NCBI GenBank assembly: GCA_032718475.1
Contig: JAUCBJ010000480.1
Coordinates: 1-63,488 of the forward strand
Length of the DNA stretch: 63,488 nucleotides
Source: Nemertoderma westbladi
Taxonomy: Eukaryota > Animalia > Xenacoelomorpha
Reading direction: 5' to 3'
Shown here: in pieces, positions 35,221 through 47,549 of the stretch
Position numbering within the stretch: the stretch's first letter is position 1
Layout: every line of letters starts with the position of its first letter
Position numbers and translations under genes: made by a program
Notes under the pieces: generated by a model
Told to the model about the DNA's origin: nothing
Database searches by the model: none
What the model saw: only the letters and a program-made list of their open reading frames with translations

Positions 35221-37363
35221 TAGGAACCGAGAGGTTCATTACTGTAAGAATTGTTGGCTGATTGACTGGCTGGTTAATCTATAGCCAAAACTACTCTAAC
35301 GATTTTGATGAAATTTTCACAGCGGCTGGATACCGCGATTCTAAGGTCCCTGGTATGTTCCGCTATTTCGTCCATGAGCCGTGGGCTCGAAAAATAGACA
35401 TAAACGAAAAAACGCCATAGGCGCAATGATAAAAACACCAGCTGGCACTCATGAAAAAATGGATAGAGATGGCCTATAGCAATGGTATTCTATAGGAATG
35501 GCCACCTAACAAGGAAATGCTTTCTGTGCCAAGTATTATCCTCACTCTACAACTCAGACACTAAGCAAACATAAGCTGTGGGCTTCTAATGTATTACATC
35601 ATAAGCTGATTGCTCTCCCAATAGCCCTCACACACTCACTGAATCTAATGAAATCGAATATGGATTATCTATTAGCTTAATGCGAATAGCTGGTAAGCTG
35701 AATGCCATTTTAGTTATTGTGAACTGTTGACTGTAGAGTTGACTGCTAGGTTGTATGCATTTAATTAAAATCATTTTCGTAGAGGGAAGTTAATTTGGGA
35801 TTACTCTCTATCTGATGTAAGCAAAGCTGTTCAATCAATGGGGTGGGTCATGGAACCCAAATATAATACATTATGCATGGCAAACATTAATAAAATCATT
35901 CAGTCAACCTGAAGGGTATTTGCTTTAGTTAACTACTGTGTGAAAAGCGAATTTATAATGTTACCAATACTTCAGGTGAATGAATTTTTAGATATTTGTA
36001 CTGGAGGCAAGGATTTCTGATATAATTAAATATATATTTCGATATTATGTAGTTGCGCCCTTCTAGCAGCACGTGAGATAATCAAGTAATAGACACAATG
36101 TTTGACTTTGTCCCTTCAAGCAGCACGTGAGTTTTGCTTTGACCCTTCGATATATGTATTTGCGCCCTTCGAGCAGCACGTGAATTACATCAAATAATAG
36201 ACACATTGTTTGACTTTGTCCCTTCGAGCAGCACGTGAGTTTTGCTTTGACCCTTCGATATATGTATTTGCGCCCTTCGAGCAGCACGGGGAGTCGACTC
36301 AGACCGAGCCGAGCCCAGCCGAGCCGAGCCGAGCCGAGACGAGCCGAACCGAGCCGAGCCGAGCCGAGCCGAGCCGAGCCGAGCCGAGCCGAGCAGAGCC
36401 GAGCCGGCCGAGCCGAGCCGAGCCGAGCCAAGCCGAGCCGAGCCGAACCGAGCCGAGTCGTGCCGAACCGAGCCGTGCCGAGCCGAGCCGAGCCAAGCCG
36501 AGCCGTGCCGAGCCGAGCCGAGCCGAGCCGAGCCGAGCCGAGCCGAGCCGAGCCGAACCGAACCGAACCGAGCCGAGCCGAGCCGAGCCGAGCCGAACCG
36601 AGCCGAGCCGAGCCGAGCCGAGCCGAACCGAACCGAACCGAGCCGAGCCGAGCCGAGCCGAGCCGAGCCGAGCCGAGCCGAGCCGAGCCGAGCCGAGCCG
36701 AGCCGAGCCGAACCGAGCCGTGCCGAACCGTGCCGAGCCGAGCCGAGCCGAGCCGAGCCGAGCCGAGCCGAGCCGAGCCGAGCCGAGCCGAACCGAACCG
36801 AACCGAACCGAGCCGAGCCGAGCCGAGCCGAGCCGAGCCGAGCCGAGCCGAGCCGAGCCGAGCCGAGCCGAGCCGAGCCGAGCCGAGCCGAGCCGAGCCG
36901 AGCCGAACCGAACCGAACCGAACCGAGCCGAGCCGAGCCGAGCCGAGCCGAGCCGAGCCGAGCCGAGCCGAGCCGAGCCGAGCCGAACCGAGCCGTGCCG
37001 AACCGAGCCGTGCCGAGCCGAGCCGAGCCGAGCCGAGCCGAGCCGAGCCGAACCGAGCCGAGCCGAGCCGAGCCGAGCCGAGCCGAACCGAACCGAACCG
37101 AACCGAGCCGAGCCGAGCCGAGCCGAGCCGAGCCGAGCCGAGCCGAGCCGAGCCGAGCCGAGCCGAGCCGAGCCGAGCCGAACCAAACCGAGCCGAGCCG
37201 AGCCGAGCCGAGCCGAGCCGAACCGAACCGAACCAAACCAAACCGAACCGAGCCGAGACGAGCCGAGCCGAGCCGAATCGTGCAAGACCGAGCCGAGCTC
37301 GTTGTCTCTTTTATTTGAAATAAAAAGTCGGTTCCTTATCGGGCCGCTAGGCCTGTCACTAGT
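35221..37363 (+). mobile_element. Non-autonomous Helentron/Helitron2-type element (HINE/DINE-1-like), copy A
   Basis: 5' subTIR AGGAACCGA with hairpin GAACC-gaga-GGTTC, a (GGCT/GACT)n microsatellite and a gattttgatgaaattttcac block. 3' subTIR TCGGTTCCT, GC hairpin and CTAGT. Confidence 0.85.
36303..37297 (+). repeat. (GAGCC/GAACC)n pentanucleotide microsatellite, ~1 kb, inside HINE copy A
   Basis: Direct 5-nt periodicity. Confidence 0.97.
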
Positions 37364-37697
37364 TAGCAAGTCGTAGGACTTGATTACTGTAAGAATTGTT
37401 GGCTGATTGACTGGCTGGCTGGCTGGCTGACTGGCTGGCTGGCTGGCTGGCTGATCTACAGCCAAAACTACTCTAACGATTTTGATGAAATTTTCACAGC
37501 GGCTAGATACCGCGATTCTAAGGTCCCTGGTATGTTCCGCTATTTCGTCCATGAGCCGTGGGCTCGAAAAATAGACATAAACGAAAAAACGCCATAGGCG
37601 CAATGGTAAAATAACACCAATGACAGCTTGTTGATGGAATTTACATTTGATTGATGACTTCCGACTTGCTTAACGGCGTCTTGACGCCGTCTCTAGT
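37364..37697 (+). mobile_element. HINE copy B (334 bp) with alternative terminal sequences
   Basis: Same 5' body as copy A, but subTIRs are AGCAAGTCG/CGACTTGCT and hairpins are CAAGTC-gtag-GACTTG and ACGGCGTC-tt-GACGCCGT; ends CTAGT. Confidence 0.82.
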
Positions 37698-38755
37698 TAG
37701 GAACCGAGAGGTTCATTACTGTAAGAATTGTTGGCTGATTGATTGATTGACTGGCTGGCTGATCTACAGTCAAAACTACTCTAACGATTTTGATGAAATT
37801 TTCACAGCGGCTAGATACCGCGATTCTAAGGTCCCTGGTATGTTCCGCTATTTCGTCCATGAGCCGTGGGCTCGAAAAATAGACATAAACGAAAAAACGC
37901 CATTGGCGCAATGGTAAAATATCACCAATAACAGCTGGTGTCGTGATGAAAAATGGCTTATGTAATGGATTTCTACACAAGGCTTAGTATAAATCGATGA
38001 GGTTGCCAAGATTATTGTACTCAAGATTATTGTACTCAGTACACCCATACTGTTTGTTTAGGCCCTGTCAAAGCAAATATAAACTGGTTGGTTTAGTTTG
38101 AAATCTATTATTGCCTCAGCTGAATAACTCTTCCCAATGCATTCTAGTTGAGTATCCAAGTTTCTCCCTCTGCTAATGTAAGCTGAATGACGGTTTAGTA
38201 CACAGTAGTGTGTTGGCTACATTAATGCCAACATTATTGCAAAATGTTTTATTGTTGGATTACTCTCTGTCAGTCTCCCCTTCAGAACATTGTATAGGGA
38301 ATTTACTTTAGTTTACTCTACTGTGCCATTCAGCTGAATGGATTTGAGCGATTGCCAAGTTACAGAGTTGGATCATTCTCTGACCATAGGCAAAGACATC
38401 AAATCTTTTTAAAAAGATACTTTTTCTATGTTTTTTTTTCTGACCAAAAATTTCAAAAAAAATTTTTTGTAGCCAGTACTGCCAATCGATTCGCCATCAA
38501 AAATAACGCAAAAAATTTTTTTTGCAAAATTTTAAATTACTGTAAATTTTTGGCGACTGGGGGAGGTCTTCACTAGTTGCAGGTCGATTTTGTTCTAGAA
38601 TTGAGCAACTAATAATAGATCGAATTTATTAATAATTATTGTATGAAATATGATTGTATTTTTACATAATTATTAGTTCTATACTAATTCTCGTTGTCTC
38701 TTTTATTTAAAATAAAAAGTCGGTTCCTTATCGGGCCGCTAGGCCCGTCACTAGT
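37698..38755 (+). mobile_element. HINE copy C
   Basis: TAGGAACCGAGAGGTTC...GTCGGTTCCTTATCGGGCCGCTAGGCCCGTCACTAGT, with a different internal filler from A. Confidence 0.85.
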
Positions 38756-38770
38756 AATCGATAGTGTAGT

Positions 38771-40950
38771 TAGGAACCGAGAGGTTCATTACTGTAAGAA
38801 TTGCTCGAGACTGGCTGGCTGACTGACTGATCTACAGCCAAAACTACTCTAACGATTTTGATGAAATTTTCACGGCGGCTAGATACGGCGATTCTAAGGT
38901 CCCTTGTATGTTCCGCTATTTCGTCCATGAGCCATGGGCTCGAAAAATAGACATAAACGAAAAAACGCCATAGGCGCAATGATAAAAACACCAGCTGGCA
39001 CTCATGAAAAATGGATAGAGATGGCCTAGTAATGCTATTCTATAGGAATGGCCACCTAACGAGGAAATGCTTTCTGTGCCAAGTATTATCCTCACTTTAC
39101 AACTCAGACAGTAAGCAAACAAAAGCCGTGGGATTCTAATCCGTATTACATCATAAGCTGATTGCTCTCCCAATAGCCCTCACACACTCACTGAATCGAA
39201 TGAAATCGTATATCTATTAGCTTAATGCGAATAGCTGGTAAGCTGAATGCCATTTTAGTTATTGTGTACTGTTGATTGCAGAGTTGACTGCTATGTTGTA
39301 TGTATTTAATTAAAATAATTTTCGTAGAGGGAAGTTAATTTGGGATTACTCTCTATCAGATGTAAGCAAAGCTGTTCAGGGGTGGGTCGTGGGACCCAAA
39401 TATAGTACTATTCATGGCAAACATTAATAAAATCATTCAGTCAACCTGAAGGGTATTTGCTTTAGTTAACTACTGTGTGAAAAGCGAATTTATAATGTTA
39501 CCCATACTTCAGGTAAATGAATTTTTAGATATTTTGTACTGAAGGCAAGGATTTCTGATATAATTAAAATACAAGACAGGGCTTGTTTCGATATATGTAG
39601 TTGCGCCCTTCGAGCAGCACGTGAGTTAATCAAATATTAGACACAATGTTTGACTTTGTCCCTTCGAGCAGCACGTGAGTTTGGCTTTGACCCTTCGATA
39701 TATGTATTTGCGCCCTTCGAGCAGCACGTGAGTTACATCAAATAATAGACACACTGTTTGACTTTGTCCCTTCGAGCAGCACGTGAGTTTTGCTTTGACC
39801 CTTGATATATGATGTTGTGCCCTTCGAGCAGCACGTGAGTTACATCAAATAATAGACACACTGTTTGACTTTGTCCCTTCGAGCAGCACGTGAGTTTGGC
39901 TTTGACCCTTCCAGCAGCATGTGTCAATCGAGCCGAATCATACCGATCGAGCCGAATAGAACCAATCGAGGCGATCAAGCCGAGTCGAGCCCAATCGAGC
40001 CGAACGGAGCCGAGTTGAGCCCAATCAAGCCGAGCGAGCCAGACTGAGCCGATTCAAGCCCAATCGAGTCGAGTCGAGCCCAATAGAGCCGAGTCGAGCC
40101 CAATCAATCCTAGTCGAGCCCAATTGAGCCGGACTGGGCCAAGTCGAGCCCAATCGAGCCAGACTGTGCCAAGTTGAGCCAAATCGAACCGGGTCAAGCC
40201 CAATCAATCCCAATCGAGCCGAGTTGAGCGGATTGAGCCGAATCGAGCCCAATTGAGCCAAGTCGAGCCGGACCGAGCCAAGTCGAACCGAATCGAGCCG
40301 ATTGAGCCGAATCGAGCTGAGTCGACTCAGACCGAGCTGAGCCGAAACCAATCGAGCCGAGTCGAGCCGTGACATGCCAAATTGAGCCGGACTGAGTCGA
40401 GTCAAGACCAATCAAGCCGAGTCGAGCCCAATCGATCCGGACGGAGCCGAGTTGAGCCTAATCAAGCCGAGTCGAGCCCGACTGAGCCGAGTTAAGCCCA
40501 ATCGAACCGAGTCGAGCCCAATAGAGCCGAGTAGAGCCCAATCAAGCCTAGTCGAGCCCAATTGAGCCGGACCAAGCCCAGTCGAGCCGGACTGAGCCAA
40601 GTTGAGCCAAATCGAGCCGAGTCAAGCCCAATTAATCCCAATCGAGCCGATTCAAGCCCAATCGAGCCGAGTCGAGACCAATCGAGCCCAATCGAGCTGA
40701 GTCGAGACCAATCGAGCCGAGTCGAGCCCAATTGAGCCAAGTCGAGCCGAACCAAGCCGAGTCGAACCCAATCAAGCCGATTGAGCCGAATCGAGCTGAG
40801 TCGAGTCGAGCCCAATCGAGCCAAACCGAGCCGATCAAGCCAAGTCGAACTGAATCGAGCCCAATCATGCCAGACCGAGCCGAGCTCGTTGTCTCCTTTA
40901 TTTGAAATAAAAAGTCGGTTCCTTATCGGGCCGCTAGGCCCGTCACTAGT
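38771..40950 (+). mobile_element. HINE copy D (colinear with A; degenerate GAGCC-derived array ~39925-40885)
   Basis: Same termini as A and C; body aligns with 35221-36290. Confidence 0.85.
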
Positions 40951-41042
40951 AAATAGATATGTAAAAGCATCTCCAATATCTCGGTTATCACTCATTAATT
41001 TGTTTGTTTTGGTTATCGTCTCGTTAACAATCTTCTCCAATT

Positions 41043-41806
41043 AATAATTAATATATGGCGATATTTCAGACCCTTATTGCCAGCGAAGCTCTTAAGATTA
41101 ATAATACCATGATTGAGAGTTGTCATGAATTGAGCGCCGTAGCGATAATAATATAAACAGATAGAGAATGACGTTAGAATGACGTTTTATAATTTATTTA
41201 TATAAAATATAATATAAGTAATATAATAATAAAAATGTATATAATTTTACTATTAGTTTTTTCTTGTGCAGAAGAAGGTTTTGATTGTTTATGTTGTTAG
41301 CGCATTTGACAAAAAAGACGTTTTTAATCTCTGTTTTCATATATTTTGATTCTTTCCGATTATTTATTAAACCATGCGAGAATGAGAGAAAAATGTCCGG
41401 TCTGAGACACTGAAACGGTAATTGCGCTAGTGTACCTTCAACGGAAGGCCGTTCTAGTGTATCACTTTATTTCCCCTTTCTCCCACGATGTATTGATTTG
41501 CTCAATGTTTCTCTCAGTCTAATACGGTATTTGATCATCTATTATATTTCACTAGTATACAGTACCGAGAGGGTGTGGCAACACAATACAACAAGCAAAT
41601 GTCTGACTAATTAATTATTAAGTCTGGCGATTGTGTTTCCCTTTAGAGGAAACGTATTGCTGTATCTGTTCTGTATCTGTATCTGTATCTGTTTATATTA
41701 TTATCGCTACGGCGCTCAATTTATGACAACTCTTAATCATGGTATTATTAATCTTAAGAGCTTCGCTGGCAATAAAGGTGTGAAATATCGCCATATATTA
41801 ATTATT
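41043..41806. mobile_element. MITE/foldback element with ~120-bp TIRs
   Basis: AATAATTAATATATGGCGATATTTCA...GAGCGCCGTAGCGATAATAATATAAACAGATA has its reverse complement at ~41685-41806. Confidence 0.85.
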
Positions 41807-42539
41807 TATTGAGTTAGAGGTAATACAACACACGTAGATCTGACACAATTGTCCAGGTTATCAATAATGCTTAGCTATAGAGGGAGACCTACCTGAGTTT
41901 AGGCGTGTGTAAAATGTCTTTAATCTTGGAATATCGGCGATATTATATTAACCAACAAATTGAGTTTACCGATACGATATCAAATATTATAACCGGTAAT
42001 TATAACCAAATGTATAATTTAATTGTAAACAGAATGAGTATAGTAATAATCACCAGTCAATTAAAGCTTGACCGGATTTTTACCCTCTCCATGGATAAGT
42101 ATGACTCCACTAAACAATTAATGACAACGGTAATAGCAGAAGTGACAGAAATGCATTGGGTGAATGGCTATATACATCCCAAGGCATGTAGGGTAGCGCC
42201 ACCACCAAACAAGGCTTCTAAGTTAAACTGATTATGTATATAACGACACTAGATGGCGTCAGGTCGCAATTAATAATTCTGAGTTAATGAAATAAGAATA
42301 TTATTTATATATTATATTATATTATATATATATATATTGCAACTACGTAGGCCACTGTGCATACAACCGTTCACCCTGTGTTATAACAATCGAAGTGATA
42401 GTATTTGTCTCGGAATTCAAGTATTATTAATTATTAATCTTATTATTAAATTAAATTAATATATAATATCTTCCTATTAATATGCAATTTTCCAGGGGAA
42501 AAATCATTAAAAATCATACAAAATTATTAATTTCTAATA

Positions 42540-43130
42540 ATTCATTAACCAATAAGATTACAAAGAATGTTCTAAGTAACAAACATTAATGGTATAAAAT
42601 ATTAATCGAATCTTTACAGTACAATAGCAATGACCCATTAGCACAGAATGAGAATTCTCAATCGACCAGAAACAGCGACAAAGTTTCATACATTCCGTAA
42701 GATAATTAATCCTAATCTCTCCGCACTATCGAGTTACTCCTCTCTGAACCCTTTCATTCCTGATTATAAACGAGTCCATCTCACCCGGTTACGCGTCATG
42801 GCCCATAAACTTAGAATCGAGACACGACGGTGGAGTCGGACTCCTATGGAGCAGCATGCTGCGTGTGTGCGGCTGTGACGGCGTTAGTGTCCAGGATGAA
42901 ATCCACGCTGTTTTACTATGTCCGCTAACTCAGAGTTTTCGCGAAAAATGTGATCTACCTAAGTACAAAAATCTAACTGAGCTGTTTTTAAATGATAACA
43001 AGAAAATGGTGTGTGAGCTTATTGAGAATGTTGATTTTTTCCTATCTAATACGGTACAACTACGTGTAATGCAAATTTATGTTAATACATATTATACAGT
43101 ATTTCTTACTTTTTGTGCTATTGTTTTATA
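42540..43130 (+). mobile_element. Degenerate LINE ORF2 C-terminal fragment
   Basis: LTRLRVMAHKLRIETRRWSRTP, then after a frameshift CGCDGVSVQDEIHAVLLCP; a typical LINE C-terminal zinc-binding motif. Confidence 0.7.
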
Positions 43131-43643
43131 AAGTATATCTAGAATATAAAGTATATCTTTAGTCTATTTCGTGGTTTACATTCAGTACGTGTATAAAGTA
43201 TATTGGTATTCTACTCAGATTACATTAAGTATAGTATTGTGATGGTAATACTTTAAATCGAATTGACGGGCCGGACGGGCCGCCAAACCGTCACTACTAA
43301 CTAATAAACGTGAATCTACATAAGTGTGTTAGATTTCGGAGAGAGAAAAACAATCAATATAATTATAGTATTATTATGTTTTACTTTTTACGTAGAGAAA
43401 ACTGTTACGTGATACTGCCGCATAGTGGTCTTGCAGTGTTAGCACCTATCACTTTGTTAAGTACCGGTACACGAAAGCAGGGGCGTGTTTTCAACGGCGC
43501 AGCCAAGGGGGGGGCTAAGGGGGCTCGAGCCCCCCCCTTAACAGTTTGTAACTCTGTAAGCGCCCAGCATCATCATTATACTTACACAACCACACGTCGC
43601 TCGCCAACAAGGCAATGATAAAATTTACTGGGGATGAAATTAA

Positions 43644-46600
43644 GGGGAGGGTATACCATAATTTGACAAAATTGTCGAAAAACTTTTTATTGGCTGATTA
43701 AGAGCAGAATTTAATGCTGAATCCAGTGCTAAAATCCGTTTTCACTAATTCGAAGTAGTTTTTGAGATATACCCCAAAAACCAAACAAAAGTCGGAACCG
43801 CATCCACTAAACACACTGCAATAGTATGCCGTTCGACATAAATTGAATTTTGTTCAAGAGACATTGTAAACAAAAATAATGAAGCTGCGGCGGTTACAAG
43901 AGGTGCCCTGCCCTTGTAACAGCAATCACAAGTGGAGGTAAATTTGAAGTATAGAAATTGTACAGGCAGACAGGCGATGATGTGTACATACAGTAACAGC
44001 CCAGTCAGAATACCATGTACTGTACTCGTTTCCTGTTTCTTCATTCACAGCTTTACAATCAGACCATACCATTGAAGAAATATCTCTGGTACCGGTTCCT
44101 TCAAGTTAGTTATTCATTATGGCAGTAACAACAAACCTATCTAGGTCTATTACAGTGCCGGTACCCATACTGGTATGCTTTTTATTCTAATCACACCTGA
44201 ATTGTACCGGCACCGTACCCTAATCATTGCTCGGGTTCCTGTGGGTCTCGTACCCGTCACTCCTTATAACTGTTCGGCCTACTACCGGTGATTACTGTAT
44301 ATCTACTAACCTGACTGTTTTGGTGCACGATGATTCCATTGGATTTGGGGTTAGGGTTAGTATGGCTGGTCCGTAACCCACCCTAATTGGAGGATCTGGT
44401 TTTGGCCCATGACAAGGGGGCCCCAGGGCCAGGGCCCCCTGTCATGGGCCAAAACCAGATTAAAAATTTTGTCCTGACGGGCACCAAACCCACAAATACC
44501 ATTCAGCCATTGCTCGTACTGGCACCTTAGCTAAACTAATTGTATGCCCAGTGCCCACTGTTCAACTGGTAGGCTACTACAAGTTTAGACTGGCAGCATG
44601 TACCTGTACGTACCGGTACAGATAGAAAATCTTTTATTTTGTGGGCATAATAAATTGAAAATTGAGTTGATTTTACAAATATTTCCTTCCTATTTTATTT
44701 TTATCAATACTTTGCCTAATCAATACTAATATTATGCCGACCCCAGGGAAGAGTAAGAAGGTATTTTGTGCCAAACAGTTTGGACGTTCTGAATCTGGCA
44801 AATGGATTTCCTTGTCTTCAGATATCACTGACCTGTTGCCGGATATACCTGAAGATATACCGGTACCAATTTCTGAAAATAAAATAAAATTGGCAACAGA
44901 TGACACTTTACCAGTAGCACAGGAAAGAGATGAAAAACTAGTCACAGGATACAGAATCATACATTGTGACAATTTGTTATCCATTATAAAAGCTGCCCAT
45001 AATTGTGAAGAGACATCTAAGCAGCTAGCTGACAAGTGCAATGGAGTTGACAGTGTAATTCATTACAGCTGCTCGAAGTGTGATTTCGATTATAAACTTC
45101 AGTGTTCCCGTAATGGTACAGGTATATATAACTCAAAAAAGTCTAAAGACCTAAATCTTCGTTTGGCTTTTGGAGCTACAGAATTTGGTGGTGATCTTGA
45201 ATCGTTGTACACGCTATCAACTGCACTTGACATACCAATAAGCATGCATCAGGCCAGTTTTTCGAAATATATCAATGATCTTACAGACATCAGCACAGAG
45301 CTTGTTGGTGAAGACATGACTTCAGCGAGGAAAGAAATCAGAAGATCTGATGAATTGCCTGTTGAAACTGCAGTTTCATTTGATGGTTCATGGGCCAAGA
45401 GGGGTCACACATCGGATTATGGCTATGGTGCAGTAATCTCTATGGAGTCTGGCAAAGTGCTTGATTATGGGTTCCGTACCAAGGTCTGCAATCAGGTTAC
45501 TTTCAATCCCCTGAACAAGCAATCTAAGGATTATAAAGTATGGCTTGAGAGCCATACTAAAGATTGCTCAACATGTCAAACAATTCATACAGGATCAAGT
45601 GGTTCAATGGAGGCCAGTATTGGCATTGAGTTGTTTAGTCGTTCAAACTCTGGTCTGATGGGTGTAAATCATGGATTGATGTTCAAGGAACTGATATGTG
45701 ATGGAGACAGCTCAACATATAAGAATGTTTGGAATGTCTATGGAGCCTGTGATAGCTGTGAGAAGTATGAGCCTATGACAAAAGCTCAAAAAGAGGAATT
45801 CGACAGTTCAGATAGGGGAAAGGAACATTGGTCTCAACACTCCGATAGTACTGTCGATTGCAACAGAGTAAATAAACTGGATTGCATAAACCATGTGCAG
45901 AAGCGCCTCCATAAAGCCCTTCGAGATGTTAGAGAGAACAACAAAGGCAAACTCTCTGATGGCAAGTTTGTTGGAGGCTCCAAACATAGACTTACTCTCC
46001 CAACTTGTGAACGTCTATCAAGATATTATGGCAATGCTATTAGAAAGAATGTGGATGCTACAGCAAAAACTCCAGAAGAAAAAGAGCGATGTCTCTGGAA
46101 GATGAAAAGGGACATTCTCGCAACAATCGTTCATAGCATTATGCTGCCAAAACCTGAAGTACGCCACAAATATTGTGACAAAGGAGAATCTACTTTTTGC
46201 AAGTTTCAGGCAGGTAAAAAATTCACAGACAAACCTCACCACCTCGATCCTGTGTTTCTACCACTGCTACTTCCAGTCTATAGACGACTCTCAGATCCAC
46301 TTCTCCTTCAGCGATGCTTACCGGGATATACCCAGAACCAGAGTGAGTCTCTGAATGGCGCAGTGTGGAGTAGAGCTCCTAAACATAAATTTCATGGCCA
46401 TAAACGCATAAAACTAGCCATCAACAGTGCCATATTGAGTTTCAACAATGGAGCATCTGGTAGATTGAAAATTCTAAACAAAATATCTCAGAATGACCTG
46501 ACCAGCAACACCCATAGTCGACGAAGTATCGATCGCAAGAACCGCAAGCGCGTTAGCTATGCCAGGTACCAAGGGAAGAAGAAGAGGGAGCGTATGCATA

Positions 46601-47326
46601 AGAAGATTGCCCGAGCCAAGAAAGAAGAAGTAGCCTTACTAGAAGAAGCAGGACCATCATACATCAGTGGAGGATTTGACTGACAGAACACTTTCATTAT
46701 AATATTACTTACTTGGTTGTATTTGTTGCAGTTTATCGGTTGTACAGTCTATTCATTTGTGCATAAAACTTTAATGCTTGATTACCGCTAATTGTAATTT
46801 CGATGGAACGGAATAACTAAAATGCCCATCAGATTGCCAATTCTTCATGAAATCATCTGAAATTTGGCCAGAACATCCAGAAATATGCCTTCTGGAAAAT
46901 TGTCGGTCAAAATTTCCATATCTTTTCGTATGTTAAAGTTTTGATACATTTTGTAAAAAATGAATGCAATTTTATCGCGGAGTGCCAGTTTCTCTCATTT
47001 GAATGGCCCTGGTTTCGTTTTAGGGCTGAAATTGAGAATTCTGACCGACAATTTTTCAGAGGAGGTCTAAAGGATGTTTCCTAAACAGTTATCAGCAAAA
47101 ATCATGTTGGTCTTCAAAATTGATCATCAATTTGGGAAATCACACCATTTTCGACACTTATATTTGTCTGCTAATGGACCTGGTTGAATCTGGGTGTCAG
47201 TGCATGTTTCATATTAACCCAAATCATATACGAAATGCTCATACCAAATTTCAAGTAAATTCATCAACCTGATCCAGAGTTATGGCACTTTTGGTCTTCG
47301 GAGTCCGATTATGGTATACCCTCCCC
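43644..47326 (+). mobile_element. Complete Kolobok-type (TTAA-target) DNA transposon, 3,683 bp
   Basis: Perfect 19-bp TIRs GGGGAGGGTATACCATAAT (43644-43662 and 47308-47326), TTAA on both sides (43640-43643, 47327-47330), and an internal intact transposase ORF. Confidence 0.9.
44734..46683 (+). CDS. DDE transposase (Mutator-like-domain/Kolobok-Hydra type), 649 aa
   Basis: Motifs VSFDGSWAKRGHTS, ICDGDSSTY, KLDCINHVQKR, TQNQSESLNGAVW and C-terminal YISGGF. The ORF is intact between the TIRs. Confidence 0.88.
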   Translation: MPTPGKSKKVFCAKQFGRSESGKWISLSSDITDLLPDIPEDIPVPISENKIKLATDDTLPVAQERDEKLVTGYRIIHCDNLLSIIKAAHNCEETSKQLADKCNGVDSVIHYSCSKCDFDYKLQCSRNGTGIYNSKKSKDLNLRLAFGATEFGGDLESLYTLSTALDIPISMHQASFSKYINDLTDISTELVGEDMTSARKEIRRSDELPVETAVSFDGSWAKRGHTSDYGYGAVISMESGKVLDYGFRTKVCNQVTFNPLNKQSKDYKVWLESHTKDCSTCQTIHTGSSGSMEASIGIELFSRSNSGLMGVNHGLMFKELICDGDSSTYKNVWNVYGACDSCEKYEPMTKAQKEEFDSSDRGKEHWSQHSDSTVDCNRVNKLDCINHVQKRLHKALRDVRENNKGKLSDGKFVGGSKHRLTLPTCERLSRYYGNAIRKNVDATAKTPEEKERCLWKMKRDILATIVHSIMLPKPEVRHKYCDKGESTFCKFQAGKKFTDKPHHLDPVFLPLLLPVYRRLSDPLLLQRCLPGYTQNQSESLNGAVWSRAPKHKFHGHKRIKLAINSAILSFNNGASGRLKILNKISQNDLTSNTHSRRSIDRKNRKRVSYARYQGKKKRERMHKKIARAKKEEVALLEEAGPSYISGGFD

Positions 47327-47549
47327 TTAAGGGGGTTATACTTATATTGGAATTGGTTTCTTAACTAGGCGCCCCTATAACAGGATGACTGGTATAGTAT
47401 TCTACAAGATGGCCGTAAAAAGGACGCCGTTTACTGATTGGTTGGAATTATATAGATACACAATACCCATACTGAGAGGGCAGTGGGCAAGGACATGCAT
47501 TGTATAGAGATGTAATACTACACTACACACCTAATAAATAGAAGCTACA

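Noticed and set aside
33150-41044. Long ORFs with SARLG/AEPSR or RVTATVAL repeats
   Set aside because: Stop-free translations of 5-bp and 17-bp repeats, open in several frames on both strands.
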